Part shown: one piece after another, positions 13,264 through 20,815 of the stretch
Numbering within the stretch: position 1 is the stretch's first letter
Layout: each line of letters begins with the position of its first letter
DNA from: Thermoplasmata archaeon
GTDB lineage: Archaea; Thermoplasmatota; Thermoplasmata; RBG-16-68-12; SOIM01
DNA length: 24,000 nt
Direction of reading: 5' to 3'
NCBI GenBank assembly: GCA_023140195.1
Contig: JAGLME010000003.1
Location: 29,180 to 53,179 of the forward strand
The notes under the pieces: generated by a model
Told to the model about the DNA's origin: nothing
The model's database searches: none
Seen by the model: only the letters and a program-made list of their open reading frames with translations
Position numbers and translations under genes: made by a program

Positions 13264-14952
13264 CTATCGTTGGGCCTTTTGTTGCTTTTGTATCTTTGCC
13301 CATTCGTCCCTGAGTCCCACTGTTCTGTTCAGGACCAGATTCTCTGAGGTCGTGTCCGGGTCCACGCAGAAATAACCCAGTCTCTCGAACTGGAATCTGT
13401 CGAATGGCTTGAGGTCCTTCACACCAGGCTCCACCTTGCATGACCTGAGAACCTCTGATGAATCTGGGTTAATCAGGTCCTTGAAGTCCGCGTCCTTCTC
13501 TCCGAGAGGATTTGGAACTGTGAACAGCCTGTCGTACAATCGCGCCTCGGCGTCGACCGCGTGCTCTGCCGACACCCAGTGGAGAGTGGATTTGACCTTT
13601 CTGCCGTCGGGTGCATCCCCGCCTTTGGTGTCCAGATCGACAATGCATCTGAGTTCCGTTACTTCTCCGTCTTCCTTGATGGCCTCCTTGCATGTGATGA
13701 AGTAGGCGTACCTGAACCGGACCTCTCTTCCTGGTGCCAACCTGTAGAACTTCTTCGGCGGGTCCTCCATGAAATCATCCTTTTCTATGTATAGAACCCG
13801 GGAGAACGGAACCTTCCGCGTCCCAGCGCTCGGGTCTTCCGGATTGTTGATCGCGTCGAACTCCTCCACCTCGTCCTCTGGGTAGTTCTCGATGACCAAC
13901 TTCAGAGGGTGAAGCACACCCATGAATCGCGGTGAGGTCTTGTTGAGGTCGTCCCTGAGGCAGTGCTCCAGAAATTCAATATCGACCGTGCTGTGTACCT
14001 TGGCCACTCCTATTCGGCCGCAGAAGGACCTGATGGCCGACGGCGAATATCCTCGCCTCTTGAGGCCGGTCAGGGTAGGTAGCCGGGGATCGTCCCAACC
14101 GTTGACATGTCCATCTTCCACAAGCTCCAGCAGCTTCCGCTTGCTCATGACTGTGTAGGTGAGATTCAGACGTGCGAACTCGATCTGCTGTGGGTGATAT
14201 ACACCAAGCTCGTCCAGGAACCAGTCGTAGAGAGGTCTGTGGTCCTCGAACTCAAGACTGCATATGGAATGCGTTATGTTCTCTATCGAATCTTCAAGGC
14301 CGTGGGCCCAGTCATACAAGGGGTAGATGCACCATTTGTCCCCGGTGTTGTGGTGTGTAGCGTGGAGGATCCTGTAGACCACCGGGTCTCTCATGTTCAT
14401 GTTGGGGTGCGCCATGTCTATCTTGGCTCTCAGCACATACTCTCCGTCGCCGAACTCTCCTGCCTTCATCCTTTCCAACAGGTCCAGATTCTCCTCAACA
14501 GGACGGTTCCGGTACTTGCTCTCTATGCCTGGGGTCGTAAGTGTGCCCCTGTACTGGCTGATCTCCTCTGCCGACATCTCATCTATGTATGCGCTGCCCT
14601 TCTTGGTCAGCTGGACCGCGTAATCGTACAACTGATCGAAGTAATCCGAAGCGAAGTAGAGCCGATCCTCCCAGTCGAAACCCAACCACTTGATGTCCTC
14701 GATTATGGACTTAACGTAGATCTCCTCCTCCTTGGCTGGATTGGTGTCGTCGAACCGCAGGTTACACTTACCTCCATATTCCTCAGCTATTCCGAAGTTG
14801 ATACAAATGGACTTAGCGTGGCCTATGTGCAGGAAGCCGTTCGGCTCGGGCGGGAATCTGGTGTGCACTCTACCTCCGTGCTTGCCGGTTCGGTTGTCCT
14901 CGTCGATTATCTGGCGTATGAAGTCTCGAGGTGCCTTCTCTTCTGTCGTCAT
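13264..14952 (-). CDS. glnS: glutaminyl-tRNA synthetase (bacterial/eukaryotic GlnRS type)
   Basis: 562 aa, ATG start. [67 protein letters not shown] is near-colinear with E. coli GlnRS ([55 protein letters not shown]). It has the VMSKRKL (KMSKS) motif. The C-terminal anticodon-binding barrels ([37 protein letters not shown]) also match. Confidence 0.95.
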   Translation of the reverse strand: MTTEEKAPRDFIRQIIDEDNRTGKHGGRVHTRFPPEPNGFLHIGHAKSICINFGIAEEYGGKCNLRFDDTNPAKEEEIYVKSIIEDIKWLGFDWEDRLYFASDYFDQLYDYAVQLTKKGSAYIDEMSAEEISQYRGTLTTPGIESKYRNRPVEENLDLLERMKAGEFGDGEYVLRAKIDMAHPNMNMRDPVVYRILHATHHNTGDKWCIYPLYDWAHGLEDSIENITHSICSLEFEDHRPLYDWFLDELGVYHPQQIEFARLNLTYTVMSKRKLLELVEDGHVNGWDDPRLPTLTGLKRRGYSPSAIRSFCGRIGVAKVHSTVDIEFLEHCLRDDLNKTSPRFMGVLHPLKLVIENYPEDEVEEFDAINNPEDPSAGTRKVPFSRVLYIEKDDFMEDPPKKFYRLAPGREVRFRYAYFITCKEAIKEDGEVTELRCIVDLDTKGGDAPDGRKVKSTLHWVSAEHAVDAEARLYDRLFTVPNPLGEKDADFKDLINPDSSEVLRSCKVEPGVKDLKPFDRFQFERLGYFCVDPDTTSENLVLNRTVGLRDEWAKIQKQQKAQR

Positions 14953-14956
14953 TGTA

Positions 14957-15027
14957 TAGCCCCGGCCGGATTTGAACCGGCGACAAGAGATCCAGAGTCT
15001 CTGATGTTACCTCTACACCACGGGGCT
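14957..15027 (-). tRNA. tRNA-Gln (anticodon CUG)
   Basis: Minus-strand read: AGCCCCG TG GTGT AGAGGTA ACAT C AGAGA CTCTGGA TCTCT TGTC GCCGG TTCAAAT CCGGC CGGGGCT A. It is identical to the UUG copy at 68 of 71 positions; the differences are at positions 26, 27 and 34. Confidence 0.9.
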
Positions 15028-15054
15028 GCCTGACATGTAATGTAGAAGTGGTGA

Positions 15055-15062
15055 TTCATAAG
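15055..15062 (-). promoter_or_regulatory. TATA-like box CTTATGAA upstream of tRNA-Gln(CUG)
   Basis: It lies 28-35 nt upstream of the tRNA 5' end, in the 60-nt gap after the lysK stop. Confidence 0.4.
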
Positions 15063-15087
15063 TTTCTATTTATCCTTTGCTGGAGCG

Positions 15088-16695
15088 CTATCGTCTCTTA
15101 AGAGCATCGTCCAGTCTTTCGAGCACAAAATCCTTGTTCAAGACTGATAGGAACGGCGCCGCCCTGGGACCCTGCTCCTTTCCAAGCATCGCGAGGTACA
15201 GGTTCCTGAAGAATCTTCTCGTGTTGACAGGGAATCCCTCTCCTTTTGTCATCTGCATCATCGCCTCCTTCAACGCGTTCTCGTTCCAATCGGCCTGAGC
15301 AATCACTTCTCTGAATGTCTCGAGGGACTTGAGATCATCTTCCGTGAGTGCGTTCCTCACATCCTCCGGCACTTCTTCGAGCAGTTCCACATGATACGAC
15401 TCAGGTGCATACTTTTTGATCCAGGTCTCCGCCAGCTCCAGCCTTCCCGAGAGGTGCTCCGACTCGTCATCCGCGAGGTCCTTCCGCAGTATTCCAGTGT
15501 CCGTCAATCTGGAGACCACCCAGTGCAGCTTGTCCTTGGGCGGGGATATCTGGGTAAGCAATGACGCCTCTTTGTAGGGCAGAATGAACATGTCCTCCCG
15601 TGCGACGAAGTCGACTGCGGAGATCTCAAAGGTCCTCGCAGCCAGCTCACCCTGTTCATCCCTCTCCTTCTCCCAATAGCTTTGGAATCCCGCATCCAGA
15701 TGATCGTGATATATGTCTGTCTTGGAGAGGTCCAGGACTATCCTCTTGGACGGATTGGCCTGCAGGTAGATGTATCTCAGAGCCTGGGGCTCTCCCAGTT
15801 CCAGCCATTCCCTCGGCGTGAACCCCTTGAAGGCAGAACTGCTCATATCGCCCAGGTCTGTCCCTTCGCTCGACATTCCCACCCATTCATAGGGGATCCC
15901 GAATGGCGGCTCCAGGCCCATGATGTTCTTGGCGATGTCCTTGCAGCTGTCTCTCGACCCTCCGGGTGTTGCGTGGTCCTTTCCGAACGGCTCTATGTCC
16001 ACTTCGAGAACCTTCCACAGAGACGGCCACTCCAACCGCCAGTTCAGTTTCCCTTCGTCGATGCCTGAGACACCTTCTCCCCCGCACGAACACTTGTATG
16101 AAACCTGTCCGTCATCCGACACCGAGAGAGCTTCCGCCGTGCCGATTTTCATGCAGCTCTTGCAGAGCGGTTCAAATGGTATCCAACCTTCAGGATACTT
16201 CCTCCTCCCCCTGTACTTGTTGATGGTCTCACGGATCACGTCCCCTTTCTTCAGCAGTTCCAGTACATTCTCTTTCATCTCCAGGGTCTGATAGACCTGA
16301 GTTGTAGATGTGATATCCACTTTCTTTGCGAACTCATCCAAGACATCCCCGAAATCCTTCCAGTAATGGTCCACCCATGATCCGTGACATCCTTTCGGGT
16401 CCGGGACGTCGATCAGCCTTCTCCCGATGTATTCCTTGCCTTCCTCGCCTTCGAACTGCTCCAACTGGCCATCCTTGCCCTTCCAGGAATCCTGGGTGTA
16501 AAGAACGAGTATCTGCTTGACCGCTTTCCCGCCATTCCTGAGACTTTCCGCGACCGCATTCGCAAGGACGACCTCTCCTCTGAGCCTCCCAACATGCTGC
16601 AGTCCCGAGACTGACAGGCCGGCAGAAATGACGATAGATTCCTTCTCTCCAAGAAAACTCTCTATTCGATGGATTAGCTCATCAAACCAGTGCAT
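15088..16695 (-). CDS. lysK: lysyl-tRNA synthetase, class I
   Basis: 535 aa, ATG start. It has the characteristic MHWFDE N-terminus, the SGLQHVGRLRGEV (HIGH-region) motif and a DMSSS (KMSKS-like) motif. The length is typical of class I LysRS. Confidence 0.85.
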   Translation of the reverse strand: MHWFDELIHRIESFLGEKESIVISAGLSVSGLQHVGRLRGEVVLANAVAESLRNGGKAVKQILVLYTQDSWKGKDGQLEQFEGEEGKEYIGRRLIDVPDPKGCHGSWVDHYWKDFGDVLDEFAKKVDITSTTQVYQTLEMKENVLELLKKGDVIRETINKYRGRRKYPEGWIPFEPLCKSCMKIGTAEALSVSDDGQVSYKCSCGGEGVSGIDEGKLNWRLEWPSLWKVLEVDIEPFGKDHATPGGSRDSCKDIAKNIMGLEPPFGIPYEWVGMSSEGTDLGDMSSSAFKGFTPREWLELGEPQALRYIYLQANPSKRIVLDLSKTDIYHDHLDAGFQSYWEKERDEQGELAARTFEISAVDFVAREDMFILPYKEASLLTQISPPKDKLHWVVSRLTDTGILRKDLADDESEHLSGRLELAETWIKKYAPESYHVELLEEVPEDVRNALTEDDLKSLETFREVIAQADWNENALKEAMMQMTKGEGFPVNTRRFFRNLYLAMLGKEQGPRAAPFLSVLNKDFVLERLDDALKRR

Positions 16696-16699
16696 GAAC

Positions 16700-17296
16700 T
16701 CACGCGATAGTCCGAGCCCTGACCAGCGCCCTCAGCGGAACACCGTCGATGTGGTCGTGCTCAGTCTTGTTCACCAGCACCACTGTAAGCACCGCGGAAC
16801 CCTTACATTCCTGAATGTCAGCAATGGCTCCCTTTATCGTATCTCCCGAACTGAGAACGTCATCCACTATGACGACCTTCTTTCCGTCCACACCAGCGTA
16901 ATTCGAACTGAAGGCACCGCCTCCTCTTTGTCTGGCGTCGCTCGGACGGTAAATCATGAGCTCCTTCCCCAGTTCCTCCGAGATGAAGGTCGCCAATGGA
17001 ATGCCATTGATCGATATCCCGCAAACCGAATCGAAATCTGCGTCAGTCTTCTCCATTTCCTCCAAGATTATGTCGGACATGACAGCAGAGATGAGCCCCA
17101 TCCTGTTACCGTACACACCGACAGTTCGCCATCCGATCTTCACATCCAGTGGGGGCTCTTCGCCCTTTCGGCCCTTGACCAGCAGCCAAGTGATCGTGTT
17201 CACTGACAAGTGAAGTTCGTCCCCGATTTCCTTCTCCGACAGTCCCTTTTCCTTTAGCTCCAGGGCCTTGTCTATCAGGGCTTCTAAGTTCTTCAA
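16700..17296 (-). CDS. orotate-phosphoribosyltransferase-like protein with N-terminal HTH (PyrE-like/GfcR-type regulator)
   Basis: 198 aa, TTG start. The N-terminus MKNLEALIDKALELKEKGLSEKEIGDELHLSVNTITWLL is the HTH, followed by the PRPP-binding motif VVIVDDVLSSGDT. The stop is 4 nt before the lysK ATG. Confidence 0.8.
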   Translation of the reverse strand: MKNLEALIDKALELKEKGLSEKEIGDELHLSVNTITWLLVKGRKGEEPPLDVKIGWRTVGVYGNRMGLISAVMSDIILEEMEKTDADFDSVCGISINGIPLATFISEELGKELMIYRPSDARQRGGGAFSSNYAGVDGKKVVIVDDVLSSGDTIKGAIADIQECKGSAVLTVVLVNKTEHDHIDGVPLRALVRARTIA

Positions 17297-17350
17297 TTCA
17301 TATCACCTCAAACGACTTTGCTATCCAATCTTCCGATATTAACCTTATGG

Positions 17351-18976
17351 TCAGAGGCCCATTTCCTGGAGTTTGTACAGGAAGGTCTGGCGGGTAAGAT
17401 AGACCGGCAGACTGCCCGATCCCAGGAAGGTGTTGTGGAAGAAGGTGTCCGTGAACTTGTCGCCCATCCTCTCCTTGATCTCTTTCTTGAGCCCGACGAT
17501 CAGATGCTTTCCTATGAGGTAGCACAGCTGGTATGTCGGATACATGGTGTATCTCTTGACCTCCGCCACCGCTGAAGGCCTCTCCATCCCGACATTGTCC
17601 ACCAGGAAATCGATCGCCTGTTCCATGGTCATCTTCTTTGTGTGAAGGTCCACATCCACTATTATCCGAGCGGCTCTCCACAGGATGTCTATCGTCTGAA
17701 CGAACCTGGCCTCCGGCGTATCGTCGAATCCTTTGTCCTTCATCCAGTCCTCGCAGTAGTGCGCCCAACCTTCCACCGTCTCCGTTGAGTGGACCAGGAC
17801 CATGGCCAATGATGGGTTCATGTTGGACACCGTAAGCTGAAGGTGATGTCCGGGGTAACCCTCGTGGACTGAGGTGTTCACAATCCCGGCGTAAGAATGC
17901 TCCTTCAGAAGCTCTGGCTTGTCTTCGACCGGGGTAACTATGTATATTCCCTCCTGCTCTTGGTCGTACTTCCCCGGCATCATGTATGCTGCGAATGGAA
18001 TGGTGTTCCTTAGGTACTCTGGGGTCTCGATAACCGTGAGCTTCTCCCCTGCTGGTATGTCAATCATCCCGTTCTCCTGGACGAACCTCCTGGATTCTGC
18101 TACAGACTCCCGGTACTTCTCCAGGACCTGATCGAAGTTCTCCGGATGGTCGGACTTGACAATCTCTCTGACTTCCTCCACTCCCGCACCGGGTTTGATC
18201 TCCTCCGCCAGCTCCTCAAGCCTCTTTTTGCACCAATCGAGGTACTTGTCCCCCAGCTCCCGTATCTCGGCCACTGAGAGTCCCAGATGCTTAAGCTCGA
18301 TGACCTTGTGGAACATCTCCTCGCCCATTCGGTGCTCTTCTATTGCTGTTGGCAGAAGGCTCTCACTCATCCACTTCTCATAGTCTGTAATGGCTGCTTT
18401 GGCGTCCTCGACCGCCTTCTTCAACGTTTCCAGCTTCTCAGCGTCAAGGACCCTGGTCCCGGTATTCATGATGTCCTCCAGGAACATGGGGAATCTCTTT
18501 GAAGATTCCAGCTCTATCTCGACCCACAGCTTGACAGGCTTGGTGATCATCGTCTTGCTCTCCTCCAGAAACCTCGGCATTGCCTGGATCCTGGACGTGA
18601 TGCTCTCGAGCCTTTCCTCAAGCGGTGCGAACTCCCTCGCGTACAGGCGGAACAGGCTTGCGCCCAATATGTCTATGCCCATGGGTTTGGATTCCCACTG
18701 CCGGTAGACCTCTGACATGTAGAGGCCCATGTTCATCATGTGAAGTACTGCTTCTCTCTCGGTTCTCTTCTGAGGGCTGAGCTTCGATTCGTCGATTGCC
18801 TCCGTCCTCGTTCTGAATTCCTTGATCTTCTCAATGTCTCTGAGGTGTGCGTCCCTGCTTCCGTCAGGCAATAGGTGATCGTATTGATGCAGACCCAGCA
18901 CTGTCCCCATTATTGGGTTGGTCTCAACCCACCAGTCAAGATACTCCTGCACAAGATTGTCAAACTCTTCGTCCAT
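17351..18976 (-). CDS. DUF885-family protein (putative metallopeptidase-like)
   Basis: It has the HEGYPGHHLQ motif typical of DUF885, and the length is typical. I start at ATG 18976 (MDEEFDNLVQEYLDWW). The track ORF begins at GTG 19018, 3 nt after the pyrK stop, which remains possible. Confidence 0.8.
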   Translation of the reverse strand: MDEEFDNLVQEYLDWWVETNPIMGTVLGLHQYDHLLPDGSRDAHLRDIEKIKEFRTRTEAIDESKLSPQKRTEREAVLHMMNMGLYMSEVYRQWESKPMGIDILGASLFRLYAREFAPLEERLESITSRIQAMPRFLEESKTMITKPVKLWVEIELESSKRFPMFLEDIMNTGTRVLDAEKLETLKKAVEDAKAAITDYEKWMSESLLPTAIEEHRMGEEMFHKVIELKHLGLSVAEIRELGDKYLDWCKKRLEELAEEIKPGAGVEEVREIVKSDHPENFDQVLEKYRESVAESRRFVQENGMIDIPAGEKLTVIETPEYLRNTIPFAAYMMPGKYDQEQEGIYIVTPVEDKPELLKEHSYAGIVNTSVHEGYPGHHLQLTVSNMNPSLAMVLVHSTETVEGWAHYCEDWMKDKGFDDTPEARFVQTIDILWRAARIIVDVDLHTKKMTMEQAIDFLVDNVGMERPSAVAEVKRYTMYPTYQLCYLIGKHLIVGLKKEIKERMGDKFTDTFFHNTFLGSGSLPVYLTRQTFLYKLQEMGL

Positions 18977-19021
18977 GTTCTCCTCCTCCCAATTTCGATT
19001 CAATATCCAACTTCTCACTAA

Positions 19022-19801
19022 TCAAAGATTCGGAATCAACGGGGTCCTCTTCCCCGCAGGGTCCCTGCGGTGCTTGTTGAAGTCCCCTTTTCCGTACACT
19101 TCTTCCCCGTCAAAGACCGGACCATCCGCACATATCCTCAGTCCGTCGAAGGCGCATGATCCGCATACCCCGATGCCGCATCTCATGAAACGCTCCATGG
19201 AAACCTGGGTTCTGACGTTGTGCTCTCTCCCGAGCTCAATGACCTTCTTCATCATGGCCTCCGGCCCGCATGTCAGCATCTGATCGTAATCCCCTTCTGA
19301 TAGCAAGTCGCCAGCCAGATCCGAAACGAATCCGTGGAAACCCTCCGAACCATCATCCGTGGCAAGCTTCAGATTTGCACCTGAATCTTCCACTCTTCTT
19401 GCGAAAAGGAGTTCTTCTTTCGTTAGTGCTCCGATCGCCACATCGACATCCCTATCCTTGACCGCGACTTCGACCACTGGCATGAGAGAAGCTATCCCGG
19501 TTCCACCAGCGATTACCAGCAACTTTGAACCTTGAATGTCGAAGCTGTTTCCGTATGGTCCCCTGATCCCTATCTTGTCACCTTCATTGAATGAATGCAG
19601 TTTCTCGGTGGCAACTCCAACACTGTGAACTGTTATACCCATCGTCTCTCCGATCGTGGACAGCCCCATCGGTATCTCGTCGACTCCAGGTATCCAGATC
19701 ATCACGAACTGTCCTGGATTTGCGTCAAAACCGCCTTTGAAGTAGAAGGATTTGGTGTGGTGCGACTCGGTCACTATCTTCTCTATCTTCCTAATCAGCA
19801 C
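19022..19801 (-). CDS. pyrK: dihydroorotate dehydrogenase electron-transfer subunit
   Basis: 259 aa, GTG start overlapping the pyrD stop by 7 nt. It has a flavin reductase fold (RGPYGN, VIAGGTGIA) and a C-terminal 2Fe-2S motif CGIGVCGSC. Confidence 0.9.
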   Translation of the reverse strand: MLIRKIEKIVTESHHTKSFYFKGGFDANPGQFVMIWIPGVDEIPMGLSTIGETMGITVHSVGVATEKLHSFNEGDKIGIRGPYGNSFDIQGSKLLVIAGGTGIASLMPVVEVAVKDRDVDVAIGALTKEELLFARRVEDSGANLKLATDDGSEGFHGFVSDLAGDLLSEGDYDQMLTCGPEAMMKKVIELGREHNVRTQVSMERFMRCGIGVCGSCAFDGLRICADGPVFDGEEVYGKGDFNKHRRDPAGKRTPLIPNL

Positions 19802-20706
19802 GAATGAGCCGCCCCTAGTACATCATTAAGAGAACTATGGCCGTTCCTTTCGAGGAACTCCTCTATCTCCTTGCAGACGCTCGCGAAGACCTCGGGTCCC
19901 CCTATCCACACCCCGCTCCCTATTTGCACCGCTGAAGCACCAGCCATCAGGTATTCGAGGGCGTCCATTCCCGTGGAGATACCGCCTACGCCTATCACTG
20001 GTATTGGCACCTCCTCCCATATCTCGTAGACGCACCTCACTCCTATGGGTCTTATCGCTGTTCCGCTGAGTCCTCCGATCTTGTTGGCGAGTATGGGCAT
20101 CCCGGCCTCTGGTGATATTGCCATCGCTCTGACCGTGTTTATGGCGACAACCCCATCCGCTCCACCCTTGGCTGCCGCATCTGCAAGTTCTACTATGTCT
20201 TTCACGTTCGGCGTGAGCTTGGGAAAGACCGGGATGCTTACAGAACCCTTAACCCCTTTCGTTATCTCTTCAACATTCTTGGGATCTGCCCCTATCTCGT
20301 GGCCAAGACCTTCCGCGTGTGGACAGCTCAAGTTCAGCTCCACCGCGGTCGCGCCGAATTCTTCCATCTTCACAGCCAGTTTGGTGAACTCGTCAACGTT
20401 CTTGCCGAAAATGCTCCCAATGACGGGAACGGCTCCCTTGGTCGCGACCTCCATCTCTTCCTTGAAGGCCTCTATTCCCGGGTTTGCGAGACCCACAGCG
20501 TTCAGCAGGGCGTGCTCCATCTCAATTACCGTGGGATTTGGATGGCCTTCTCTGGGCTCTAAGCCTATTGACTTTGTGACTACTGCCCCCGCTCCACTGT
20601 CGGCGACCCTGAGAAGCAATTCTGCGGTCTCCCCGAGTACGCCCGAAGCGAGCATGGTGGGATTCCTCAGTTGGAGCTTCCCGACGCTTGTTGAAAGGTC
20701 CACCAT
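19795..20706 (-). CDS. pyrD: dihydroorotate dehydrogenase, class 1B catalytic subunit
   Basis: I start at the internal ATG 20706 (MVDLSTSVGKLQLRNPTMLASGVLG), which gives a typical 303 aa. The motifs are LNLSCPH, AINT and GVGGI. The 95 upstream codons of track ORF 19795-20991 have no family resemblance. Confidence 0.9.
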   Translation of the reverse strand: MVDLSTSVGKLQLRNPTMLASGVLGETAELLLRVADSGAGAVVTKSIGLEPREGHPNPTVIEMEHALLNAVGLANPGIEAFKEEMEVATKGAVPVIGSIFGKNVDEFTKLAVKMEEFGATAVELNLSCPHAEGLGHEIGADPKNVEEITKGVKGSVSIPVFPKLTPNVKDIVELADAAAKGGADGVVAINTVRAMAISPEAGMPILANKIGGLSGTAIRPIGVRCVYEIWEEVPIPVIGVGGISTGMDALEYLMAGASAVQIGSGVWIGGPEVFASVCKEIEEFLERNGHSSLNDVLGAAHSC

Positions 20707-20815
20707 TCGCCGTTGAATTGAAATCTTGCCTAATAAGGCTTCGCCGTGTTCCGTGTTCAATAAATGATTTATACGAGCGGATTGGTTATTGTTATGGAGA
20801 TATGTGGGCGTTCGA

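Noticed and set aside
14107-15033. 308-aa plus-strand ORF
   Set aside because: It lies entirely antisense to the strongly supported glnS and runs over the tRNA-Gln(CUG). It is a shadow ORF typical of GC-rich coding DNA, with no family resemblance.
16517-17206. 229-aa plus-strand ORF
   Set aside because: It is antisense across the lysK / PyrE-like regulator junction, with no motifs. The opposite-strand genes are well supported.
20045-20716. 223-aa plus-strand ORF
   Set aside because: It is antisense to pyrD. It has a Ser/Ala/Pro-rich low-information sequence, consistent with a shadow ORF.
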